A stretch of 64,000 bases of DNA from an uncultured delta proteobacterium (GTDB lineage Bacteria > Myxococcota_A > Polyangia > Fen-1088): assembly GCA_963737265.1 (NCBI GenBank), contig CAVTRY010000013.1, positions 1 through 64,000 of the forward strand. Reading direction: 5' to 3'. The notes under the pieces were generated by a model, which worked only from the letters and a program-made list of their open reading frames with translations, searched no databases and was not told where the DNA came from. Both the position numbers and the translations under genes were made by a program. Positions 30,864 through 41,358 of this stretch are shown piece by piece (position 1 is the first letter of the stretch; every line of letters begins with the position of its first letter).

Positions 30864-32361
30864 TTGTCGCAAACGCACCCTGCCACCGAAGAGAAGGTCG
30901 GCCTCGCCTATTGGGCGGACCGAGTCCTTGAGGAACACTCCAATGTCGGCGGAGCTTTGCCTGCGCAGCCGATCCATGACCTGCGCATTTCGCTGCGCCG
31001 GTGCATCCTCATCGCGGATGTAATGAGGGATATCGATCCGGCGTGCGATTGGAAGTCCATGCGGAAATCGGCGCGGCGCACGTTTCAGCGTCTCGGGACG
31101 CTGCGCGACACGCAAGTTCTGACGGAATGGATCGAGAAACTGGGCACGCCGGGCGAGGCTTCCACGGATGTCCTGCTGGAGGCGCTGAAGAAGAAACACG
31201 AACAGGACCGGACCGATGCGCGCGCGGCCATCCGGGAATTTGACCGGAAGCAGTGGAGGGCCTGGCGGAGGGAATGCGCGAAGCATTACCGCCGCGTGCT
31301 GTCGGACCGGGCCGCCTGCGAATCGCTGGTCCTCGAAATCTGGGAAAGCGTTCGCGACCTGAACCGCCGCGCCCAGCGCAGCCGCAGCCTCCTTGCCTAC
31401 CACCGCCTGCGCGTGGGATTGAAGAAGTTTCGCTACGCCGTTGAAAATTTTCTGCCGTCGTTGTACCAGGGCTGGGCGCCCGATCTGAAAGTTGTGCAGG
31501 ACTTGCTGGGAGAAGTTCACGACCTTACGGTGCTCGATCAAATGATCGTGAAGAGCCGAAGCCTCTTCGAGGAAACCGCTTTTACCGCGTGGCGGGCGAA
31601 AGTAGAGGAGGAACGATCCTCGCGGCTCAAGCAGTATCGCGCGAAGATCTCCGGGAAAACGTCGCCCCTGCGAACCTGGCGCGAGGGATTGCCGGCGGAG
31701 AAGGATTTGCGTTCCACGGGATTGGCACGGCTCGGTGAGCGGGCCTCCTTCGTGACACCTGATTTCCCGCGCGTCCGCCGGGCGGCGCGTTTGTCCGTAC
31801 AGTTGTACGATGGCCTGGCGAATTGCGGGCTGATCGGAAAAGATTCTCCGATCGAAGAGCGATTCGTTCTTCAGGCGGCGGCCTTGCTGCAGGAGAGCGG
31901 GCGCTTCGAGAGAGGGAAGGCGTACCACAAGGAATCCTACCGGCTGATTCGCAAGATTTCGCCGCCACCCGGCTGGACAAAGAAGAGACCTCGAGTTCGC
32001 GGCGCTCGTTGCGCGATTTCACCGGCGCGCGCTACCGTATCCGGATCATGAAAAGCTGAGGTTTTACGAATTGCCGTTGCGGCAATCGCTTATACGGCTT
32101 GCCGCCATCTTGCGTTTGGCCGATGGATTTCAAGCAAAGCCATACCGTGCCATTCGCCGCCTGCATGTTGAAAACGGACCGGGATTCCTCGTGATCCGCG
32201 CGGAGGGGTTTCGCGACCGGGACCCCATCAATTCGAAACTTTCCGTCGCGCGGCGCTTCCTGGAATTTGTTTTTCAGAGGTCCGTGCACATCCTCGCGCC
32301 GGGAACCAGGATGATGGCTCCTCGCATCGTGCGCCCGGCCAGGCGCAGGGATGCCGCGTAA
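30864..32361 (+). CDS. CHAD domain protein fused to a Ppx/GppA-like C-terminal helical domain, apparent frameshift near 31985
   Basis: IHDLRISLRR, LRDTQV, HRLRVGLKKFRY and QDLLGEVHD (CHAD); YHKESYRLI, VARFHR and LAAILRLADG (Ppx C-terminal type). Confidence 0.8.
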
Positions 32362-32435
32362 GTAGGACAGGCTTCAAGCCTGTCTGGTTTTAGTCCTTGC
32401 AAGCTGAAAAATCCACAAGCTAAAGCATGTGCCAC
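32362..32435. repeat. Chimeric REP pair (family B left arm, family C right arm)
   Basis: GTAGGACAGGCTTCAAGCCTGTC...CACAAGCTAAAGCATGTGCCAC fills the gap between two convergent stops. Confidence 0.85.
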
Positions 32436-35400
32436 TAAAACGCGAGTCGCAGCGAAAACTGCATGTCGCGCGGATCTTCGCGCTGGTGATTGAGCCGAAG
32501 CTTGTGGAAGCGCTGAAGGTCCTGCCGGCCCCGACAGGGGCGTTGAAGTTGGGGTGATTGAAGAAATCGAAAACATCCAGGCGGAACTGCAGTCTCATAC
32601 CCTCACGGATCAGAAATTCCTTCTGAATTGATGCATCGAAATCGTCGAGTCCCGGCCCAATCACGATGTCGCGGCCCGCGTTGCCGTAGGTGAAGGCGGC
32701 GGGCACCGCGAAGCAAGAGGTATTAAACCATTCCCCCGTGGTTTTCGGGCCGCTGTTGGGATTGCAAGTCAGATTCGGCCTTTGCGATGGCGCGGACAAC
32801 GGTTCGCCGTTATTGGCGACGTCGGTAGAGAGGTTCACCGTGAAGGGCGCGCCGCTTTGCAGGGTCCAAATCCCACCCACCTGCCACTCGCCGAACGCGG
32901 TGTGGATCCAACCCTCCGAATGCTTCAGGAACGGAAGTTGATATAGGAAGTTTGTGACGAAACGGTTCCGGTGGTCGAAATCCGAAAGTCCCTTTTCCGC
33001 AGCCAAATTGGCGGGGTCCTGCGGGAAGTTGGGCTCGGCATTGTCCGCGCCGGGGTTGGAGGCGTCATCCAACGCCTTGGACCAGGTGTAGTTGGAATTG
33101 ACGGTCAGGCCGTGCCAGAGGCGCTGCGTCAGGGTCAGCGCCAGAGCGTTGTACTTTTCCCAGCCATCCCAAGTGACGCTCGGGAAACCGCTCATCTGTG
33201 GAGATGGGACGCACGTGAAGGGGATTCGGATTGGCGGTTGTGGAGACCAACTCGTTGTCCGGAAATAGATTCTGGTACGTCTCGTTGTCGGCATGGACGG
33301 TATAGGAGCCGATGTATTCCGCCTGGAACGATGTGGAAGAAGACAGGCTTCTCTGGATCGATAGATTCCAAACATTGTTGTATTCGATCTTGAAATCGTG
33401 ATTGATGTTATTTCCGCTGAACGAGCCGTTGGCGGTCAGGATGTTTTCCGTGTCGAAGCCGGGCATCCCCCCGGTCACTAAGGGATTGTTAACCGTCTTG
33501 GCGACATAGAAGGGCAGGTTTAGGGCTGCGTTTTGAATGATGTTGTATGCCGCTTGATTCGTATAAATTCCAAATCCCGAACGGATCACGGTCTTGTGGT
33601 CCGGCAGGGCCCAGGCTAATCCGATGCGCGGAGCCAGCCGAAGAGGACGCGCCGTGAGCAGACTATTGTTCCATCCGGCCTGCGCGGAAGTGATATAGCT
33701 GAGGCCTGCAGGAATGTTGGCGACCAAAGACGACGCGAGCGGCGAAAGTTGCCCGTTGCCGCCGCTGGCGATGACTATCTCCCCGCCCTTCACCAGGTTG
33801 TTGATGATGGATATATTGTTGTTCGCATCCGTGACGTTCTGATTGAATTCGTACCGCACGCCAATATCCAGTTTGAGGCTGGGAGTGATCTGCCAGGCGT
33901 CCTCGATGTACAGGTGCGCCCAATCGGTGCGGCCTTGAAGCGTTCCTCTCCCTTCCGACGACCCTGACCCTTGCGTCGGGTCACCCAAAAGAAAATTCCC
34001 AGAGCATTGCCGGTCGCAAAGCTGGCGCCGCTTGAGGTGGTGGGCGTAAATGAGAATGTCCCTCTTGCGTTGTTGGCGTTTACAGGTTCAACGTCGAGAT
34101 GGAAAAAATAACCGCCGAATTTGACCGTATGAGTTCCATGGTGCCAGATCACGTTGTCGTACAACTCGTAGTTGTTGTCCTTGCGTGAAACGTACTGCGT
34201 CGATTCACCCATGGACGAAAAACCGGTAATGGTCACGCTGGGATAGCCCGTGTCCAGTGGATCGGCGCTCACCCCTTGCAGCCCGGTTTGGCCGGAAAAA
34301 CCATTCCCCGCATTCAGGCTTGTCTCTCCGCCACCTACCCACATCCATCCGAACCGCAGCTCATTGAGCCAGGACGTGCTGAAGACATGACTCCAGGTCG
34401 CGGACAGATTGTCCGTATGAGTTCGCAAGTCGTACCCAAAAGCGGGGAAGAGCGCTTCATTTAGCGCGGAGGATCCGAAGGGAAGAAAACCGTTGGCGTC
34501 GAAGATCGAACCGCGAACGAAGACATTGTCGCTTGTGCTGAATGTATGGTCGATCCGGGCATTGTATTGGTTGACGTCGGTCGTGGAGAGGGCTGTTTCA
34601 CTTAGATTGTTGCTCCCAGTCAGGCCCGGCGTCGGCATCGGAATTTTTGCCAGTATGGCGGCGGCGACAGGGTCAATCGTCGGGATGGTGTCGTTTGGAA
34701 ACATGGTTGCTGTGCCCGGAATGTCGACGGTAATGCCCGACCCCGTAAAATTCCCGGTCCGTTGCAGGGCGGTCGGAACGTGGAACAGTTGGGTTTGAGA
34801 CTGGCGGATTCGCTCTCCTTCGTAGTCCGCGAAGAAAAAGGTTTTGTCTTTTTGAATCGGGCCGCCGATGGATGCCCCAAATTGATTTTGCTTGAAAGGA
34901 GGTTTCGTCGAACCCGGCGAGACAAAGAAGTTTTTCGCGTCAAAAATATCGTTGCGCACGAATTCAAACACGCTGCCGTGAAAATTGTTGTTGCCGGATT
35001 TCGTGATGACGTTGATTACGCCGCCTGACTTTCCGCCAAACTCCGCGTCATACGAAGTCTGATTGATATTCACTTCCTGGACGGCGTCCACGGAAGGGCT
35101 CAGAACCAGGTTATTAAACGCCTCGTCGGTGACAGAGACGCCATCCACGAGGTACAGATTATGCCCTCCGCGCTGTCCCAGAATTCCGTAGGTCTGTCCC
35201 GTCTGTTGCAGCGCCGATCCACGCGTGCCCGCCGGCGGGGTTGTCACACCGGGCGTCAATGCCACCAGGTCGATGAATTCGCGGCCCTTGAGCGGGAGGT
35301 CTATAACTTGTTGCTGCTGGATGGTGTCTTGAATGGCGGCCGATTCCACCTGCAGCAAACCGGGAGCGACGCTCACGGTTAATGTTTCGCTTTGCTCCCC

Positions 35401-35766
35401 GAGTTCCAGGTTGAATGATTGCCGAAGGTGGTCGCCGGCATGCAAGTCGACATTGGACTGAACGATCCGTTTGAATCCTTCCACGCTTACGGTGAGACTA
35501 TATTGCCCGACGGGAAGCCCGGCCAGCAGGTATTCGCCGGAAGCGTTCGTCTTGCTCGTGACCTTTTGCTGTGTGTCCGCCTCGACGGCCGTGACGGTGG
35601 CGTTGACGACGACGGAACCAGTAGGGTCACGGACGGTCCCGCCGATTTCCCCCGTGTTCATCTGGCTCAGCCCGGGCACCGTGGCTAGGGTGATCCAACC
35701 GATCACAAGCGCTGCCGTTCGGACAACGACTGTGAAATGCTTCAGCACGAGAAGGCCTCGATTCAT
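32435..35766 (-). CDS. TonB-dependent receptor, Oar type with N-terminal carboxypeptidase-regulatory-like domain; three apparent frameshifts
   Basis: GTVRDPTG, DLPLKGR, TKSGNNNFHGS, APRIGLAW, NYTWSK and FNHPNF spread over ORFs 33790..35787, 33065..33988 and 32374..33375; the restored end is DPRDMQFSLRLAF-stop with terminal Phe. Confidence 0.88.
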
Positions 35767-35919
35767 GGGCAGAATTCCTGCCCGCAACGGCGCAGTTGAG
35801 ATGTCGAAACGGGATGGCCTCCGACAATGGTCAACACCCGAGGATTCAACCCACCATCCCGCCAGACGAGCAATCCGGCTCTGTGGTTCTGAAATTACAC
35901 TGGAATCGAAAAGGGCTGC

Positions 35920-35947
35920 TGTAAGGATGTTGTAAAAGCTTTTGTAG
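35920..35947 (-). promoter_or_regulatory. Putative OmpR/PhoB-type direct-repeat box upstream of the TonB receptor
   Basis: Minus strand reads CTACA-N7-TTACA-N6-TTACA. Confidence 0.5.
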
Positions 35948-36021
35948 GACGGGCTTCAGCCTGTCGGGTTTGGATTTGGCTCGGCGGGAAATCAAGGCAG
36001 ACAGGCTAAAGCCCGTCCTAC
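35944..36021. repeat. REP-like inverted pair, family B (GTAGGACRGGCTTCAGCCTGTC)
   Basis: GTAGGACGGGCTTCAGCCTGTC...GACAGGCTAAAGCCCGTCCTAC. Confidence 0.88.
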
Positions 36022-36031
36022 GCTTAGGTTA

Positions 36032-37933
36032 TCAAGAAGAAACCGTCTCGGGAGTTTTGGCTTCGATGGGCCGCGAGGAGTGTTCCACACAGGGCAAATG
36101 CAGCGTAAATGTACTGCCCCGCCCGGGAGCGCTCTTTACACTGACTTGGCCATTCATCGCTTCCATGATGCTCTTGGCCAGAGGCAGGCCCAGGCCCGTG
36201 CCGTGAATTTGCGCGGCCGTCACGGAAGGGCTGCGGTAAAATGGCTCGAAGATGTGGCGCAATTCCTCGGGAGCGATTCCGATCCCGCGATCCGAGACGC
36301 TGATCTGAATCTCTTTTCCGGTCAAGCCATGTTCGGCGAGCCGCGCCTGAATTCCGATCCATTTCTGTTCGCTGCCATATTTCAGTGCGTTGGTAATTAA
36401 ATTCTGCACGCACTGGGAAAGGGCGGCGAGATCGCCCACGATCCGTGGCAAGCTTGGCTCGATCTGTTGTTCCACGTGGAACCCCGCCGATCGAATGAGT
36501 CCCGCCGTGCCGGACAGCGCGGAATCTAGAATTTCCGGAACCTCCAGCGGGCGCAGGCTGTAGCGCTGCTGGCCTTCGCGAATTGCCGCGAAGAGCAGAA
36601 TTTGCTCGACCATTTCGAACAGCTTGCGGGCCTGCGCGCCGATCACAGAACCGTATTGTTCGAGTTGCGGCTTTCCTTCCACGACGCCGTGGGCGATGTT
36701 TTCGGCCGCGGAGCTGATGACGGTCAGCGGAGTTCGTAATTCGTGGGAAACCGCGGTAACGAAATCCATCTGCAGCTTGGCGAGCCTCTGCGCGCGCGTG
36801 CTCGTGAAGATCAGGATGGCCATGCTGATCACCAGGAGGAAAAGCACCCCGAAGCTGATCGCCAGATCGCGGCGGCGCGAGTCCGCAATGAAGGCCCCGA
36901 GCGCGCCTCCTCGCCGATGCCTTACGATCAGGCGCCAGTCCTGGTCCACGCCTGCATCGTGCAGGAGCGGGAACCACGTGACCGCCACCGAAGCCGCGGG
37001 GCCATTTTCTTGCGAGGGCGTATGGAAAACTTGAATCGGAGATCCATTCTTGTCGCCGCGCAGGCGCACAAAGATGTTCATCGTCCCGTCCGCGTCGGCA
37101 ATTTCCGAAGCGCCGAAGCCCGCGTCGGAAGAATAGAGAGGGCTACGTGTGTTTTTGCCAGTGGTTACGGCAACCTGATAATCGAGTCCGTTCGTGCCGC
37201 TGAAGTATCGCTGCGCGAGGGCTGGGAGAATATTGTTCTGCACATCCGCACGGTCCAGCGCGATCACCACCCAATCGACCGGACCTTGCGTTGCGCCCAG
37301 GCGGCCCGAAGAGGCGGAAGGATTGCGCATCACGGGCTGGACCAGCGCGGGAATGCGCGGTTCGAACTCCCATCCGGCGAGCGGCCCGCCCGTATAAAAG
37401 CGGTTTGCGAATTCTGCGTTTGCGTCAAGCGCCGCAGCGGCATTCGCTCCCCCGGGTGAGCCGAAGGCCGCAGTGGCGCCGGGTTTCGTTGCGGATTGCT
37501 GAAGTTCTTCGCGCAGGCCCGCCAAAATTGCCGGCCAGTCGCTCGGCTCGAATCGCTGGCTAGCGGGGCTTAGACGAAGGACTTGTGCGTCAGGAGATTC
37601 GGCGAGCCGCAAAATATAGAGCCCGGAAACAAGATTGGGATTCGCGGTCGTTTTTTTCCAGTCCGCAAATCTTCGCGCGTACTGATCCCAATCCGCCGGC
37701 GTGCTGGAGTCCGGGTCCACGCGCAGGGCCACGCAAATCTCGGAGAAGACGCGGAAGAAATCGAGATGCCAGTTGATCATGGACATCTGCAAACTGTCGG
37801 CGAGGCGGATGCTGGTGGCTTCGCTGACCTGATTGCTCCAGCGGTATTGCAGGACGCCCAGAACGATCACCACGACTACGGCGAGGATGATGATGACCGT
37901 CGAGAACTCGCGCTCTTTGATGTGCAGTTTCAT
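36032..37933 (-). CDS. Sensor histidine kinase with a large periplasmic domain
   Basis: Two TM helices, SHELRTPL H-box, NLITNALKY, DRGIGI and GTGLGL. Confidence 0.95.
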   Translation of the reverse strand: MKLHIKEREFSTVIIILAVVVVIVLGVLQYRWSNQVSEATSIRLADSLQMSMINWHLDFFRVFSEICVALRVDPDSSTPADWDQYARRFADWKKTTANPNLVSGLYILRLAESPDAQVLRLSPASQRFEPSDWPAILAGLREELQQSATKPGATAAFGSPGGANAAAALDANAEFANRFYTGGPLAGWEFEPRIPALVQPVMRNPSASSGRLGATQGPVDWVVIALDRADVQNNILPALAQRYFSGTNGLDYQVAVTTGKNTRSPLYSSDAGFGASEIADADGTMNIFVRLRGDKNGSPIQVFHTPSQENGPAASVAVTWFPLLHDAGVDQDWRLIVRHRRGGALGAFIADSRRRDLAISFGVLFLLVISMAILIFTSTRAQRLAKLQMDFVTAVSHELRTPLTVISSAAENIAHGVVEGKPQLEQYGSVIGAQARKLFEMVEQILLFAAIREGQQRYSLRPLEVPEILDSALSGTAGLIRSAGFHVEQQIEPSLPRIVGDLAALSQCVQNLITNALKYGSEQKWIGIQARLAEHGLTGKEIQISVSDRGIGIAPEELRHIFEPFYRSPSVTAAQIHGTGLGLPLAKSIMEAMNGQVSVKSAPGRGSTFTLHLPCVEHSSRPIEAKTPETVSS

Positions 37934-37943
37934 ATGCAAATAA

Positions 37944-37968
37944 TGCCCGCCTGAAGGCGGGCGCTACA
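37944..37968 (-). repeat. Single REP, family A
   Basis: TGCCCGCCTGAAGGCGGGCGCTACA in the 45-bp gap between the regulator and kinase genes. Confidence 0.85.
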
Positions 37969-37978
37969 TTACCTTCGG

Positions 37979-38665
37979 TTACGGTTTGAATTTGTAGCCG
38001 AAGCCTTGCACCGTCAGAATAAATTTCGGCTGCTTCGGGTCGTCTTCCAGTTTTTGGCGCAGGCTGGCGACGTGCACATCCACGGTGCGGGTGTACATGT
38101 CCGCGCTGTAGCCCCAGACTTGTTTCAACAGTTCCTCGCGTGAAAGAGTCGCGCCGCGATGCTCGATAAAATACCGCAGCAATTGAAATTCGCGCGCGGA
38201 AAGATTCACCGGTTTTCCGTCGCGGGTGGCTTCCGTTCCCGTAACGTCCACATGAATCGACCCGAAATCGATCCCGCCAGTATGGGCCGCCGGGCGAATG
38301 GGCGCGCGGCGCATCAGCGCCTCGACCCGCGCCATCAGTTCCAGCATGTTGAAGGGTTTCGTGACGTAATCGTCCGCGCCGATTTTCAGGCCGCTGACCT
38401 TGTCGCTGGTCTGCCCGCGCGCGGTAAGCATGAGGATGGGAGTGATGAGTCCTGCTTCACGAATTCCCTTGCACACGTCGAAGCCGTCCCGTTTGGGGAG
38501 CATGACGTCCAGGATGATCAGGTCAAAGGGAAGCTGCGTGGCCTTTTCGAAACCTTCATCGCCGTTTCCGGCGTAGTCAACGGCGTAGCCCTCGTTCCGC
38601 AGGCGGTCCCCAACCGTCATCTGCAGGGCCTGCTCATCCTCGATAAAAAGCACGTTTCCGCGCAT
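37979..38665 (-). CDS. OmpR/PhoB-family response regulator
   Basis: IEDE, LDVMLP, MLTA, GADDYVTKPF, RTVDVHV and TVQGFGY motifs. Confidence 0.95.
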   Translation of the reverse strand: MRGNVLFIEDEQALQMTVGDRLRNEGYAVDYAGNGDEGFEKATQLPFDLIILDVMLPKRDGFDVCKGIREAGLITPILMLTARGQTSDKVSGLKIGADDYVTKPFNMLELMARVEALMRRAPIRPAAHTGGIDFGSIHVDVTGTEATRDGKPVNLSAREFQLLRYFIEHRGATLSREELLKQVWGYSADMYTRTVDVHVASLRQKLEDDPKQPKFILTVQGFGYKFKP

Positions 38666-38750
38666 CCAAACCCACCGCCATCGCGTCCAAGTTAATTGGG
38701 AGGACGCGTTTCGTGTACTCCAAAAAGGCACGTATATTCCAGTTGAATTC

Positions 38751-38780
38751 TTGACATGTTTTCTTGCTGGATGCTAGCCT
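38751..38780 (+). promoter_or_regulatory. Putative sigma70 promoter of the leader ORF/RraA/RND unit
   Basis: TTGACA-N18-TAGCCT with an extended -10 TG. Confidence 0.6.
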
Positions 38781-38823
38781 CGATAGATTAGCACAGCCTC
38801 CGCAGGGTACGCGGGGGCCACCG

Positions 38824-39169
38824 ATGAATTCCAAAACCCACCCCAAGCCGCCGATACCTTGCCAGCCTTCTCCTCTTATCGGGGATCCTGGTTCTCGGGA
38901 TTGTTCAATGGAGTTTTCTGCCCCTCCTGATTCAGAACGGGCCCGTGGCGAGCGCTGGCGTTCTGGAAATGTCGGCGAGCCATACTTCGAAATTTGCGGC
39001 TCCATTCAAATGTCTTTTCGGAGATGGGCTGAATCCGTGCCTCGTCCAATCGAGGATCACCGTGTGGAGAATGGCGTCCAGGATTGTTCGTCTGCCGGAT
39101 GCCCCGATTTCCGGGCAGGATGATTTTTCCCTCACGCACCGCCCCCTGCGCGCGCCGCCTTCCGCATAA
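38824..39169 (+). CDS. Putative membrane-targeted leader peptide with C-terminal RAPP arrest motif (needs one frameshift within about 20 nt of the ATG)
   Basis: The open frame 38828-39169 reads ...PSRRYLASLLLLSGILVLGIVQWSFLPLL...THRPLRAPPSA*. The ATG at 38824 (after GGGGG) is one base out of frame across AAAA/CCC/CCCC runs. Confidence 0.7.
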
Positions 39170-39373
39170 GAACAAGCAGGGCCCGGTCCCTGCGGTGATT
39201 CCCGATAAAAATTAGGCGCGCGACGAATCGTTTAGGGCAGCGAATCCCATTTTCTTGCGGGTGCGAGTGACGGCTCGAGAGCAAGCGGCCCGTTCAAGAT
39301 ACAGCGATCCGCATAAAATAGAGCCCTGATTGCCCGCTGACATTCTGGAGAGATTTCTAATCTTGGAGATCCG

Positions 39374-40093
39374 ATGACCTCAAATCATATCGAGCCGGCA
39401 GTGCTGGAGGAATTGCGCCGATTGGATTCCTGCAATGTGGCCAACGCCATCGAGAAATTTGGCGTGCGCTTGCGCAATTCGGGATTTACTGATTCCACGG
39501 TTCGCTGCTTGTTTGAAGATTTTCCGCCCCTGGTGGGTTATGCGGCCACGGTCCGCGTCCGAACTTCCGAACCGCCCATGGAAGGGGATAGCTATTACTA
39601 CCGTCTTGACTGGCTCGACCATCTGTCCAATATTCCATCTCCCCGCGTGCTCGTCATGGAAGACCTGGACCCCCGCCCTGGCCTCGGTTCCTTCATCGGC
39701 GACGTCCACGCCAATATTTTGACGGCGCTCGGATTCGTTGGGGTGGTTACAAACGGCGCGGTCCGCAATGTCGAGGCGGCCCGGGCACTCAAATTTCAAA
39801 TGTTCGCCAGAAATCTGTCGGTTTCTCATGCGTTTGCCCACATTTTCGATTTCGGAGGCCCGGTCCAGGTGGGCAACATGCATGTGAAGCCGGGCGACCT
39901 GCTGCACGGGGACCGGCATGGAATCCAGACCGTTCCAGCCGAGATCGCACAAAAGGTTCCGGCTGTAGCAAAAAGAATGAACGGCGAGGAGCAGGAACTC
40001 ATTGAATTCTGCCAATCCGGCGGCTTTACGATGGAAAAACTGCATGCGAATGTGAATGCTCTTAGAATCAAAAGAAAGAATTTCAGGGATTAG
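39374..40093 (+). CDS. RraA-family protein (HMG/CHA aldolase-like)
   Basis: VGYAAT, GVVTNGAVR and VKPGDLLHGDRHG motifs; GGAG RBS. Confidence 0.88.
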   Translation: MTSNHIEPAVLEELRRLDSCNVANAIEKFGVRLRNSGFTDSTVRCLFEDFPPLVGYAATVRVRTSEPPMEGDSYYYRLDWLDHLSNIPSPRVLVMEDLDPRPGLGSFIGDVHANILTALGFVGVVTNGAVRNVEAARALKFQMFARNLSVSHAFAHIFDFGGPVQVGNMHVKPGDLLHGDRHGIQTVPAEIAQKVPAVAKRMNGEEQELIEFCQSGGFTMEKLHANVNALRIKRKNFRD

Positions 40094-40124
40094 GGCGATG
40101 ATGCGGGAAAGTGGAGGTCATCCA

Positions 40125-41346
40125 GTGCGGCGTATTCATGGAATCTTGAGTTTCATAATCTTCGTGATTTTTTGTGCCGCTTCCTTCGGGTGCGGCGAGG
40201 GACGCAAGGCGGCTGCTGACGATGCCTCAAACGCTCCCACGGCTGCCGTCGTGAAAGTGACGCGGGGAAACATCGCCGACAACCTGGAGATCGCCTCGGA
40301 ATTTCAGCCGTTCCAGGAAGTGGACGTGTACGCGAAGGTTTCCGGCTATATTCAAAAGCTCTACGTCGATTACGGAACGCACGTGAAGCAGGGGCAACTC
40401 CTCGCCGTGTTGGAAATCCCGGAACTCCAGCAACAGTTGCAGCAGGATGAGGCCTCCGTCCGCCGGAGCGACCAGGAGCTTACCCGATCTCGCGAAGATC
40501 TGAACCGGGCGCAATCGGCCTACACCGTCGCGAACCTCACCTACACGCGCCTCGCCGACGTACAAAAGTCGCGTCCGGAGCTTATCTCGCAAGAGGAAAT
40601 CGATGTCGCAAAAGGGAAGAACATGGAAGCGGATGCGGATGTGTCCGCGCAGAAGGCGGCGCTCTCCGCGGCGCAGGAAGCGTTAACCGCGGCAAAGGCC
40701 GCGCTCGGCAAGGATCAGGCCATGTTCGACTACGCGCGAATGACGGCGCCGTTCGACGGCGTGATCACGCAGATATACGCGTACACGGGAGCGCTGCTTC
40801 CGGCCGGAACTTCCTCGAACAAGGGCGATTCCGCGCTTTGCCGCTTGTCGCAAAACAGTCTCTTGCGGCTCGTGATTCCGGTTCCCGAAAGAGCTGTGCC
40901 CGATATTCGCACGGGGGAAGCAGTAGTTGTGATTGTTTCCGGCTTAAACCGGACATTCGAGGGCAAAATCATCCGATTCCTCGGACCAGATTGACACGGC
41001 GACTCGCACGATGCACACCGAAGTCGATGTGCCCAATCCCCGCTTTGAATTGGTTCCGGGAATGTACGCCTCCGTGAAAATTCCTCTTCATTCGGTCGCG
41101 AATACCTTGATGGTTCCTGTCCAGGCGGTACTGGCGACGGGAGAAGGGAAGGGAACAGTCCTGGTGGTGGATAAAAGCAATCGAATCGAAAAACGCGCCG
41201 TCACGCTGGGAATGCAATCCTCCGCGAACGACGAAATCGTTTCCGGGCTCCAGGAAAATGAAACCGTCATTTTTGGGTCCCAGGGACAGTATCAAGCGGG
41301 GCAAATCGTTTCACCAAAACTCATCGAGCCTTCCATGACTGAATAG
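40125..41346 (+). CDS. RND efflux periplasmic adaptor (MFP), lipoprotein-like; apparent frameshift near 40985
   Basis: AKVSGYI, VKQGQLLA and TAPFDGVI; TRTMHTEVDV and PGMYA continue in ORF 41011..41346; GGAGG before GTG. Confidence 0.88.
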
Positions 41347-41358
41347 GAGTTTTTATCT

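Noticed and set aside
38870-38910. Resemblance of the leader TM (LVLGIVQW) to the kinase TM1 (IVLGVLQY)
   Set aside because: Eight low-complexity hydrophobic residues; consistent with chance.
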